Below, one piece after another: positions 1 to 11,125 of a stretch of DNA of 64,000 bases; position 1 is the first letter of the stretch; every line of letters begins with the position of its first letter. The stretch covers positions 1 through 64,000 of the forward strand of contig NIVC01002611.1 of assembly GCA_002269645.1 (NCBI GenBank). The letters are read 5' to 3'. The position numbers and the translations under genes were made by a program. Under the pieces are notes generated by a model. It worked only from the letters and a program-made list of their open reading frames with translations. It made no database searches and had not been told where the DNA came from. This DNA is from Macrostomum lignano (lineage: Eukaryota).

Positions 1-208
1 GATTAAGATTAACAGGGTGATTCTCAATCAAAGGGATTATGATTAAGAAGGCGATCCTTAATGAGGGATTAAGATTAAGTGGGCGATTCTCAATCAAATG
101 GATTGTGATTAAGAAGGCGATCCTTAATAAGAGGAATTAAGATTAAGTGGGCGATTCTCAATCAAAGGGATTGTGATTAAGAAGGCGATCCTTAATAAGA
201 GGGATTAA
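1..208. repeat. 66-68 bp tandem repeat, about 3 copies, running off the window start
   Basis: gattaagattaa...gattctcaatcaaa...gaaggcgatccttaat recurs at about 1, 67 and 135. It would lie in the first intron of the Sam50-like gene. Confidence 0.9.
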
Positions 209-243
209 ATTAGCTCTAAAAGAAACCCATGGCCTCAAGTAAC

Positions 244-348
244 CTGCGAGTGGACGAGCTGATCGCGGGTTCGACGCAGGCCCTTGACGTGCACGCGCTC
301 AACAAAAGCGTGCATCTCTGGGTCAGGATTTAGCTTGGCTGTTGGCAT
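244..348 (-). CDS. SAMM50: First coding exon of a Sam50 (sorting and assembly machinery, POTRA domain) homologue; gene continues beyond the window start
   Basis: MPTAKLNPDPEMHAFVERVHVKGLRRTRDQLVHSQ resembles the Sam50 POTRA start (human VVQHVHFDGLGRTKDDII, from recall). ATG at 348 in aacATG context. The ORF ends at a possible CAG|GTTACT donor at 244/243. Only 35 codons are visible. Confidence 0.55.
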
Positions 349-1969
349 GTTGTTATTGGATTTGAACTGCTCCTCAACACGCTTGTGTATTGCTTTCTGA
401 CGCGACCACATGCATAGCATTCAAAACAGGTTGGCAATGCTAAGTAAACTTTAGGCTTTGGCCATACAGTAATTTCAGAATCATTGTGTCCTTTTTAAAT
501 TAGTTAAATAGATGTTTCAAATTAAAAAATCTATCTAAACCAATTTTGGATCTTATTGGCCACATAGCCTGGGTTTTAGACTATTAAAATTATTTTTTAA
601 GAAGAACTGATTACTATTATGAATACAATGCATCTTCCTAGTTAAATTTAAAGCATAGTTAATAAGCATTAAATAAAGATTTAGTATTTTTGGATGGATT
701 TTCCTGTATACTAAAAATGGTTTTACTATAGGCCTACTAATATAGTTTACAAATTCTATGCTACTGTGTAGGCCTATAATATAGTACAATTTCTATACTA
801 CTACCTATGGAGCGATTTTATATCATGACATATCAACTTTGGTATCTTAAATTTTGTACGTAAGTTTTAAAAAATGATAAAATCAAAATTACATTAAGCC
901 AGGGTTCAAGTCTAAGCTTTTAGCTTAGGGCCTAGTCATATATACTAGAATAACTAGATGGCAATCTAGTTATTCTAGTATTTGTAGGCTAAATATAGTT
1001 ATTAATAAGGCCTAACTATTTAACCATAGCCATAAAATCGATCAGTAAAGACTTTATGCAACTTATAGATATAGTACTTAATTAGATTGAGGCATTTAGA
1101 CTTAATAAGACAGTTAAATACTCTTGCCATTTATCCAAAGTTGTGTTAATTTTTGTTCTAGCCTAGGGTTTCTTTCATTGATAAATTGCATTTTTTGTAA
1201 AAAAAAGTAAGTTGTATAGCCAATATAAATCAAAGAGGTTGAACATATATGCAGTTAAACTTAGGCCTAACTAAAAAAATTGATAGGCCTAAATTGGCCT
1301 ATACTTGCTTAAATAAATATGATTCTAGACCTTAAATAATTACCAAAACTTCCTATGCCTTAGTTTTACTTTAGGACTATCATATGATATCTTATACTAT
1401 GCTAATATTAATGTTTGGGAATTTGGTAAAGGTCCTATCCTATGACTTGCCAATATGTATGCAAAAAGCAAATTTGAAGTTTTTTGCAAAAAATACAATA
1501 ATATTTAATTGATAGGCTTGATAGTTTAAATCACTTATATAAAATAATATATATATAAAACAAATATAAATTAAAAAGAAAAAATAACTTTGCAATTCCA
1601 ATGGACATCTAGGAAGCTTTTGGCTATCCTATAGTTTTGTACATTAAATTATTTTTATTGAAAATAATAAGTTTTAACTTTTAAATAACTTTAAGTAAAT
1701 GACAATAAATAATAAGGGGTAACATGGAATCAACTATCTAGTTTTGTTAGTCTATAATAGATAATAATGTGACATCCAGTAGATAATAAAATAGGCAACG
1801 TTCACCTTCCCACTGTATCTTTGGACTGCCCTGCAGCTAAAAGACACCTAGTAGAGGAAGTTCTCAAAGGTCTTGTTTTGGGAAAGGGCACCGCCATAGG
1901 TATTTTTATAAGTGACTTAAATAGTCAATTTGAAAATAAATTTATCCATTAGACATCTCTTAGATATAC

Positions 1970-2443
1970 CCTATAGTCAGGAAAGTGGCCTTTGCCATGG
2001 AAAATTCTGGCGCATACAAGAGGTCCTTGGCGCACTTGGCGCACAATCATGGTGCACACTGAGGTCCCTGGTGCATGCGGCACACAATCATGGCGCACAC
2101 TGAGGTCCCTAGCGCATGCGGCGCATAATTGCAGTGCATAAAGTCTCTGACATATGCAATGCTAGGCCTATGCACAACTTTGGTGCATAAGGAATCAGAA
2201 TAGAATCTTTATTAGCATAAAACTGGTATGAATGAATTCTAAGAATTTTGTAAATTTGTCATAAAATACATAATCTATATAAAATACATAAATTATGTTA
2301 ATTTATATAAATTACATAAAATAAGGGCACAGACATGGCACATAGACGGCGCACAAATGGCGCATAGATGGTGCATAGACAGCACATAGATGGTCCCAAA
2401 AAATTTATTCTGGCGCACACTGTGCCACCTTCCTAACTATGGG
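1970..2443. mobile_element. MITE-like non-autonomous element, 474 bp, unclassified
   Basis: Imperfect 20-bp TIRs: cctatagtcaggaaagtggc (1970-1989) versus the reverse complement of 2424-2443, cccatagttaggaaggtggc (17/20, all transitions). Direct repeat ATATAC at 1964-1969 and 2444-2449. Internal GGCGCA-motif repeats. Confidence 0.6.
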
Positions 2444-5400
2444 ATATACCATGTATCTAGCAAAATTTGGCCTTCATGTGAGCCCATGTGCCCTGCCCTT
2501 GATGGTGATAGTATGGACAAATGGGTCCACTAGGTTCACAAAGTTCAGTTGATGATTGACAATGGCATGATTATAATAAATGCATTTAATAAACAAAAGT
2601 AGACACTTGATAATATGTTATATTTGTTCTCTATTTTCTATGCTGTCACTTACTAAGCTTAAAGCCACTTAAAAGTTATTATTTTCAGCAAAAATAAATT
2701 AGCTAACATGTGAAACTACAGGATAGGCCTGCCTTAGGCATAGGCCTAGGCCTAGCTAACAAGCCAAGCCTATGACATTCACTAACATAACTATCAAGCC
2801 AGGGCACATGCTTTTGTTTTTGTATTTTAAAAATTAAACAAAATGATAAGTTCTTGCATGAAAATCATTATAAAATTTATTTTCTATTTCTTAGCAAACT
2901 TTTTGTAGGCTGTTAGTGTTAGTTTCATAAATAAACTTAACTCTTTTGGGCAAAATGATCCTGGTGCTTATTTGTTAATAGGTAAAATGCATTAAAACAC
3001 TGAAAATTGAACTAGGACCTATGCCCTGGACCTGCAAGAAAATTTATTAACTTTTTATTAATTGGCCAAATTCCAAAACCAAAAGTAATGAAAATGTTAT
3101 AAGATCTATCAAAAGTATTTGAAACTATTTCTAGGAAATTTGGGCTACTGTAGCACTGTGATTTTAAAAAATTAAAGCTACCTAGTCCCTATTAGTTTTA
3201 AGTGATTAGCAAGATCTAAAGAGGCTAAGGCTAAGGGACCTAATGAATGAGCCTAATTGGTTTAACTTGCCCTAGCTCCGTCGATCGAACGAACACGATA
3301 CGCTTAGATTATAAAAATTTATAAAAAACGCGTTTTCACTTTTTTAGTGCTTAAACAAATTAATTAGCTGGTGTTTGGAGGGTTAAAAATGTTAGTCGAA
3401 ACCGAAGTTAAATTCAGCCTTTCCATCCATTTTTTTGTTTTGCATAGCAAATAATTTTTATGTAGAAGTAGAATGGAATCGTAGTAGTCTACTATAAGTA
3501 GAGAGAGTATCAATCAATCGTAGTTCCGCGAATGAAAAATACATTTTTACAATATGTGATGTGTTCGAGTTTGGCTCGTCTGTAGAGAAATACGAAAATA
3601 CACTAGAATCTGCCGACGAGCTCCAGAAAGGGCATGTTTGCAGTCAATCGAGAGTTGCCTGTCTCGGGCCTAGTGCATGATGACACCCTAAACCGCACCG
3701 ACGGCACCGGCTTCACAGCCATCTGGAGGCTGTCTGACGCCTCAGGGATGCGGCGTTACCTGCATGACAGCCGAAGGGTACCTATGGAGCGATACCGGCC
3801 CTTTTATCGCTCAGGCAGTAAAAACGCTGAGCACTTTATCTGCCCCTGCCCGCGGATTTCAACAGTGCCAGCTAGGCTCAACTCACCTCAAGCCAAACCC
3901 GGTGCTCTCCGACACTGCAGTTGCAGGCACGGTATTATTCAATTGTACACTATAGGAACTGCATGATGAAAGCAATTGAATAATACCGTTCCCCGCGCGA
4001 GTTGCGTAACTTGCAGTTGCGATCGGAGAGAACTGGTTCACTAGATCACTGAATGAATTCCAGACAATGCGCCAACAGTCAAAAGTTCCACCCACCAAGC
4101 AAAGATATTTTTATTCATATTTTACCGTGCATTTTAAATGAGAAGTTTCTCTCTAACTATGCGTGATTTGTACAGGTGGATTTGTACTATAGTCTATAGA
4201 TTGGACTTCATATGTTACATGTACCACGTCGTTTGTAATAGATCTAGTACTGCATACGGAATGGAAAAAACGAACAATCAAACTCTATCTGGGAACCAAC
4301 CAAAGACATGTAACTCGTACATGTACATGAGATGCAAAATTTGCAATGCAAACAGACTTTCATTGCCTGGAGAAAATTTTCCCGACTACATGTGTATTCC
4401 TGCTTGTACATGTAACACAAGTTCGTACAAAGTTTGTTCATGAGGACAGAGAACCTGAGTTTGGCAGCTTTAACCCAACTCTATAGCTAGAACTCTTCCT
4501 CTGCACCAATCTTAAAAACCTTGTGACGCAAATTGCATCATGCGCCAACAGTTGAGACGAGAACCGCGGGGTGGGGGGGGGTGAATTGCGTCACTTGGAG
4601 CTGAGATCTGAGAAAGCTTCGTTGACCTACTGGTTTCGAGATGGAATCTTGATTCTCGTTGCTGTGTGCATGTACATACAACTCAAATAGTCAATAATTT
4701 GATTCTGCCTTGATAAAAATTATCTCAAAAATAAAAATGATCGAACGCAATATCTCGTATCTTTGTGGTCGTAATTAAGTTAATTAACTTTATCATGCTT
4801 TCATTGTATGACCTAAAAGACAAACTTTTATATAATTAACCTGCACAGATCTATTTGATAGTTAATTATCAATCCCAATCAACTCCAGCTGGGGTTGTTA
4901 GGGCATTTAGTTTGCGACAATTATCATCATGAAGTAAACTCTCACTCAAATGTGCAGTGTAAGATTATTATTCTACTTTGCACTTCTCACACAGCGGCTT
5001 AGCAGCATTCTGATTCTGATTGGCCCTGCTCTTGGCCTGGTGGATTATATAACAAATATCGATTATTTCACGGGCCCCACCAGCCCCCCTCTCTAGTTGT
5101 ACAGGGGAAATGAAATGTACATGCGATTTAAGGCTGGAGCCGGCTTGCGTCAAAATATACTGCTGGCTTGAGCCAAGGTGCGAATATTGGTGGCGACGGG
5201 GTGGGTGCGGGGAGCCCCTAATGTTTATCGGTGGGCTTTAAAGGAAGCCGCCGCGCCCTCCCGCTGGGTTTGTGTGGAGGAGTCTCGCAGTCAGCTTTTC
5301 ACTTGTGCGGCTTCATATAAATATCGATCAAACGCGCCGGCTGGAAAGGGTGGCTGTAATTATACCGATTTTTACTCGGCTTTAAAAGGGACTCCCCCAA

Positions 5401-5456
5401 ACTAGGAAGCCATTTGAGATAAAAAACTGTCTGCGCAGCGCCTCCTTTGCCAGCAT

Positions 5457-8385
5457 ATGGATCAACATGTAAGCATTAATTTCCTGTTGTTAGTGCTATA
5501 TCGCTAAAACAATCTGGCAAAACGCGCAGAATAGCAATTTTTTCAACACTCTTGTTGCGTCTCTGTTTGTTGCAGAAAGGAAAAGACAACAGCGGACTGA
5601 ACAGCCTCATTCACTCCATGATTCTGGATCACACGCTTGGCGACTCCACTGCCGACTCTGGGACGCTAAAGTTTGAGAGTACGTGCACACTTTGCTTGCT
5701 TTAGTCTGCGCCTTTTCTTGTCTCGCATTTATTGAATCTGCACCGTGACGAAACTTTGAAAAAGCCCCCCCCCCCGAGTCCCCGACTTAAATAGGCTCAA
5801 ACAGTTGAAGAAACATCTGTCCAAATTTTAGGCTAAAGCGGCAACAGAATTCCTTTCCCGCTCGTCATCTGATTTCTCAATGCTGAAAACCAGTCTCCCA
5901 CCCACCCCGGATTTGCGCAGGCTCCGACATGAATAACAACAGCATCTGGTCCATGCACCACGACCACTACGCCAGTCCCAATCCGCTGCAGTCTCTGTTC
6001 GGCATCCAGAGCCTGGGCACGGGTCTCACCCCAACTCCAACCAATGAGAACATGAATCTGGCGGCAGCCAACTCTCCCTCTGTGTCGTCCGCTATGCAGA
6101 CGCCCAAGACCAATCTAGAGGCGGCTGGCTTTCGCGCGATTCGCAGCTCCCAGCACAGCGGCCGTAAGAGCGGCAATACGTCTATGGGCTCCGAGCCAAT
6201 GGACTCCAGCGGCATTTCCAGCGGCACGGACTTATCCGACTCGATTTTCGGCGGCGAAGGCGGACAGCAGCAGCAGCAGCAGAAAACCGCGGCGAGCCAA
6301 GCCGAGAGTGCGCAGCATCAGCAACAGCAAGCGCACCAGTCGCCTCACCAGCAGCAGCAACAGCAGTCCAACAATCGCCAGTTCAACCACCAGCAGCAGC
6401 AGCAGCACCAAGCCAGCAGCCTGACCGAGGCTCAGAAGGCACAAATGCAGAGCCAGGCGGCACTCGCCCAGCTGCTGAGCAACCCAGCTGTAAGCGTCGC
6501 CTATGGCCAACAGCAGCAGCCGCCTCTGGTGCCACCGGGAGCTGCCGCGGCCACCGGCTTCAACCAGGACCTCATCAGGGCCTACTGGCTAGAAGAGATG
6601 AGACGCCAGCAGCAGGAGACTCAACTGCAGCTCTACAGCGCGGAGCTTCTGAAGCTGTTCAATACCGGAAGCCAGTATCCGTACCAATGGCCGGGCAATA
6701 ATCCAGCTGCAGCTGCCGCTGCCGCCGCCGCTGCCGCATCGGTTATTGGCAGCAGCGCCCAGCTGCCCGGTGCTCCAGGAGCTGGCGGACCGCCATCCGC
6801 TGCCGCCGCCGCTGCTGCGGCCGCAGCAAACCAGTCGCTCCGTGCGGTCACCTCATCGGAGCAGCAGATGGAAGGCGCCGCCGGGTCCTCGCTGGCCCTG
6901 GCAGCTGCAGCGGCTGCTTCCGGAGCCCGCGGCGGTGGAGCCGGCCAGCCGAACTACCACGAGGAAGTGTCCTCCATGGCGGCGCTCTACCGAAACTTGA
7001 TGACAAACAGCGACGACGAGATTGAGAAGGCGGCCAGCTTCTACCGGAACTCGGCCTCGACGAGCGACGCGCACCACCACTGGTCTGGCAAGCTGCCCGT
7101 TCGCGTCTACAAAAATGCCATCTTCTCGCGCAAAGTCTTTCTCGGCGGTGTGCCCTGGGACGTCAGCGACCTCGACCTGCAGCAGGCTTTCCTGCGCTTC
7201 GGCACTCTGCAGGTGCTCTGGCCGGCTCGCGAGGCCTCGAACGTGCAGATTCGCTCGTCACCGAGAGGCTACTGCTATCTGATCTTCGACCAAGAGCTCT
7301 CCGTGCGCAACCTGCTCAAGCAATGCACCCGCGACGCCACTAACATCGGCGAGTACTATTTCAAGATCAGCAGCAGCAAGATGAAGGCCAAGGAGGTGCA
7401 GGTGATCCCCTGGTGCATCAACGATTCTCAGTTCACCAAGCAGGGCTCGCACAGGCTGGACGCCAAGCGCACAGTGTTCATCGGCGCTCTGCACGGCATG
7501 ATCACCGCCGAGGCGCTCGCCACCATCATGAACGACCTGTTCGGCAACGTGGCCTTCGCCGCCCTGGACACTGACAAGTACAAGTACCCCATTGGCTCCG
7601 GCCGGGTGGCCTTCACCAGCCAGCGCTCCTACATGAAAGCTGTGCAAGCCAACTTTGTCGAGGTGCGCACGGCTAAGTTCACCAAGACGGTAAGCTCTGG
7701 AGAGTTCATTCTGTTTACTTGCCGGTTTACAGGTAGATAGATTAGCCAACTTTTAGTTCAGTTAGCAAGTTAAACTCGCAGAGGCCCTCTTACGACGGTC
7801 TCTTTCACACCAAACGTTTGTCCCCGCGCCCCACCGTAAAGTTTGATAATGCCTAAAGCGGCCCATTCAGTTAGTATTGTAATTTGTTTTTTTTGATGGT
7901 CATATAACACTATACAGCAGGTTTTAGGTTGCTCAAAACACGACGACTCAATTGGAACCAAATGTACAAGGAAAGCAAAGTACAGAAACTTTATATATTT
8001 AGCTTGTTTCTGTTTTCTTCATCTGATATTTATCAACAGATTCTTGAAGCCGCCCGAAATCTACGTATTACGAGAGGTTTAAAAATTTAACAAAAAACTT
8101 GTTTTACTCTACTTACAGCAGTAGTCTGACACGCTTGCAATCGTTACATTTATTTGCTTCTAATTAAAAACTTCATCCCAGATTCAAATCGACCCGTACC
8201 TGGAGGACAGCATGTGCAACCACTGCTTCGTGTCGCCCGGCATCTACTTCTGCCGCGCTTTCGAGTGCTTTCGTTACTTCTGCCCGAGCTGCTGGAACCT
8301 GTGGCACGGCAACGGCTCCGACCAGGTGTACTCGCACAAGCCGCTGCGCCGCACCTTCAAGACCAACCTGCCCGACAAGAAGTGA
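5457..8385 (+). CDS. CPEB1: Cytoplasmic polyadenylation element-binding protein, CPEB1/Orb class (2 RRM + ZZ zinc finger), about 695 aa
   Basis: Exons 5457-5468, 5576-5678, 5921-7689, 8182-8385, all GT-AG and phase-compatible (2088 nt). RRM1 SRKVFLGGVPWD, RRM2 RTVFIGALHG and GSGRVAF, ZZ domain IQIDPYLEDSMCNHC...YFCRAFECFRYFCPSCW...H. VFLGGVPWD is CPEB1-type rather than CPEB2-4. The last two exons are secure; the first two are inferred from splice signals. Confidence 0.95.
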
Positions 8386-8556
8386 GCAATGGGAACAAGA
8401 CAGTTTTTGTGCATCGCAAGTGCAATTTGCATATTTTTCACCGGACTAGCGCCGCTTTTGAATTAGAGGACCGGCGTTGTTTCTAAAGCTTTGTTTGTTC
8501 TTTGTTCTCTTAGCTTACCGTACGGATCTTTTTGTTTAGATTTTGTTCATTCGACA

Positions 8557-8600
8557 TTTTTATCAAAAAAATGAAAAAAATTCTATTAAAAACGAATAAA
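8557..8600 (+). promoter_or_regulatory. Candidate CPE (TTTTTAT) plus poly(A) hexamer AATAAA in the CPEB 3' UTR
   Basis: TTTTTAT at 8557-8563 and AATAAA at 8595-8600, about 170-210 nt after the stop codon. Confidence 0.4.
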
Positions 8601-9454
8601 AAATATTGTTTTTAGTTTTTCCCCTTGGTGTTAGTGCTTCCACAGCAATCCCGCTCCCCAGTGCCACGCCAATAGCCGTTACTCAATGCTCCCTGCCCTT
8701 CGCTGCCTCGGCAATATTATTCGGCACTTTCTCACCGAAACTTCAGTTTAAGATTTTTTGCGCTGCGAAAGATCTGCTTGCCTTTTGCAAAACGCTTTTT
8801 CATATCATAGTTCCGAAGTTGGTTCGAGACTGCCAGAAACTGCCAGCTTGGATCGATTGAAATTTATAGACTAACAAAAAGCTTGCAAAAGCACGCAAAT
8901 TCTTTTGCCAGCTTTTAAAAATGAAAACTTTTCAAATTGGCGCTTTTTTGTTTAAATAGCCTCTTGTGGCGAAATTTCCATTTTTACGGTATGCAGTGAA
9001 CTTCGTCAACTTGTTTTACTGTTATAACAAATTCGAAATATTTTGCTCAGAAATCTAATGCTTTCGCTTCCGTTTAGAAACTTTTTATTGATTCAAATTG
9101 CAAAACTTTGCTCATCGGGTCAGAAATTTTTATTATAGTAAAAATATGGTGGCATAATTCAGATTTCGCCCTCTATCTTGCCTACCATTGCACGCCCTTG
9201 TTTGACTCGTTTTCTAAATAACTATTTTTAATATTTTACTAGATTTTAATAACGCTCCGTGGTACATCGATGCAATCTGTGGGAAAGCTCCGGTTCATTC
9301 TAAATTGTTTGAAGTTTACTCTTTTGTTTTCAGAAATAAGAACCCGTCAAACTTTTTATGCCATATCTAAAAAAGGAAGAGGCTTTGGTGTTCCTTATTT
9401 TTTAGTACATTTTATTGACATGCAAATGGAGCAAGCGCCATCGATAGTGTAACA

Positions 9455-9775
9455 CGGCCAGCCAATCGAGAACGGCGATGAAATGACTGCCAATCAAATA
9501 GCTTTTTGTAAAGGGAAAGAATCTTATGCCGGCCAATCAATGCTCGTAGAAGTAAAGGGACAGAAAGGAAGTGGTGTTCAGCTTGGTTAGGAGACTAAAA
9601 TAATGGTAGCGGCCAGCCAATCGGAGAGCTTGATTAGGATAGCGGCCAGCCAATTAGAGAGCTTGGTTAGGAGACGAAAATAACGATAGCGGTCAGCCAA
9701 TCGGAGAGCTTGATTAGGAGACTGAAAATAAGGATGGCGGCCAGCCAAGCAGAGATTTGAGAAGGCCAATCAGTA
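9455..9775. repeat. Degenerate repeat cluster with about seven CCAAT-box motifs
   Basis: (g)gccagccaatc-like motifs near 9460, 9490, 9530, 9615, 9645, 9695 and 9765, with partial 30-50 bp periodicity (gagagcttgattagga). Confidence 0.6.
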
Positions 9776-9988
9776 GCAGCGAGATCCGACAGCAGCTTAA
9801 CTGTGTCCACAAAAAGCAAAGTTGAAGATTTATTCTGCCTCTAATAGCTGGGTATAGAACTTTAAAGTTCTCAAATCATTGCGGCCAGTTTATTTGTTTG
9901 CCAGTTTAAAGCAGGCTATGGCTGTTTGCAACTGGGATATTGTTTAACAGTTTGAGTCATTGTTAATTAGAGTCGGGTGATGCAAATG

Positions 9989-10384
9989 TCAAACATGGCT
10001 GACATCACCATCATCAGGCTTAGCCACGGTAGGCTTCTTGGCTTTAGCGTGATACCACCTGGAACGGGCGCAAACCGGTAGCTTTCTATTGAAATTGCCA
10101 CGCTGCACCAGCACCTGGCACATCAGGATAATTAAGATCAGATAGATGGCGACAGTAGTGTTAATAAGCCATAACAGCGCAAGTTGCACCTGCCCGAACA
10201 CGGTTGGTTCAGCGGCGGATTCTAGTCGCGGCGCCGACTTGATGCACCTGATTGCTGGAAAACCACACATAGTAAAGTTGCACCGCACAGTGCACCCAAG
10301 CTTGTAGATTGGAGTTGAAGCGCCAATGTCAACTACAAGCAGCGAAATTGCTAATGCGAAGCAAACTCTGCTCAGCCTCAGCAT
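9989..10384 (-). CDS. Uncharacterised small type-I membrane protein, 131 aa
   Basis: Signal-peptide-like MLRLSRVCFALAISLLVVDIGAS, 4-Cys ectodomain with an NFT sequon, hydrophobic LALLWLINTTVAIYLILIILMCQVLV, basic tail. Acceptor ttttag at 10415, donor gtaagt at 11170, TATA-like at 11231-11240, AATAAA (minus strand) at 9889 and 9829. Confidence 0.7.
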   Translation of the reverse strand: MLRLSRVCFALAISLLVVDIGASTPIYKLGCTVRCNFTMCGFPAIRCIKSAPRLESAAEPTVFGQVQLALLWLINTTVAIYLILIILMCQVLVQRGNFNRKLPVCARSRWYHAKAKKPTVAKPDDGDVSHV

Positions 10385-10489
10385 TGTTGCTCTCGAATTT
10401 TTATTGCAGGAAGCCTAAAATTGCGCGGATAGTGGGTCACAGATGCGAGCTATGGAGTAGCGGTGTTGAAATAGAGAATTATACATGCA

Positions 10490-11125
10490 GCGAAATCCTC
10501 CTGAAGGGTTGGGGAATCTTAGAGACATCCTCCTGAAGGGTTGGGGAATCTCGGCGATATCCTTCTGAAGGGTTGGGGAATCAAGGCGACATCCTCCTGA
10601 AGGGTTGGGGAATCTCGGCGATATCCTCCTGAAGGGTTGGGGAATCTCGCGATATCCTCCTGAAGGGTTGGGAAATCTCGGCGATATCCTCCTCAAGGGT
10701 TGGGGAATATCGGCGATATCGTCCTGAAGGGTTAAGGATTATCGGCGATATCCTCCTGAAGGGTTGGGAAATCTTGGCGATATCCTCCTGAAGGGTTGGG
10801 GAATCTCGGCGATATCCTCCTGAAGGGTTGGGAAATCTTGGTGAAATCCTCCTGAAGGGCTGGAGAATCTCGGCGATATCCTCCTGAAGGGTTGGGGAAT
10901 CTCGCGATATCCTCATAAAGGGTTGGGGATTATCGGCGATTTCGTCCTGAAGGGTTGGGGAATCTCGGCGATATCCTCCTGAAGGGTTGGGAAATCTTGG
11001 CGATATCCTCCTGAAGGGCTGGGAAATCTTGGCAATATCCTCCTGAAGGGTTGGGGAATCTGGGCGACATCCTCCTGAAGGGTTGGGGAATCAAAGCAGT
11101 ATTCCCCTGAAGGGTTGGGGAACCT
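10490..11125. repeat. About 32-bp minisatellite, about 20 copies
   Basis: Unit atcctcctgaagggttggggaatctcggcgat. It lies in the inferred 5' UTR intron of the membrane-protein gene. Confidence 0.95.

Noticed and set aside
3634-4443. Short ORFs at 3634-4098 and 4138-4443
   Set aside because: No recognisable motifs or coding-style bias; the latter region is rich in TACATGTA-type low-complexity motifs.
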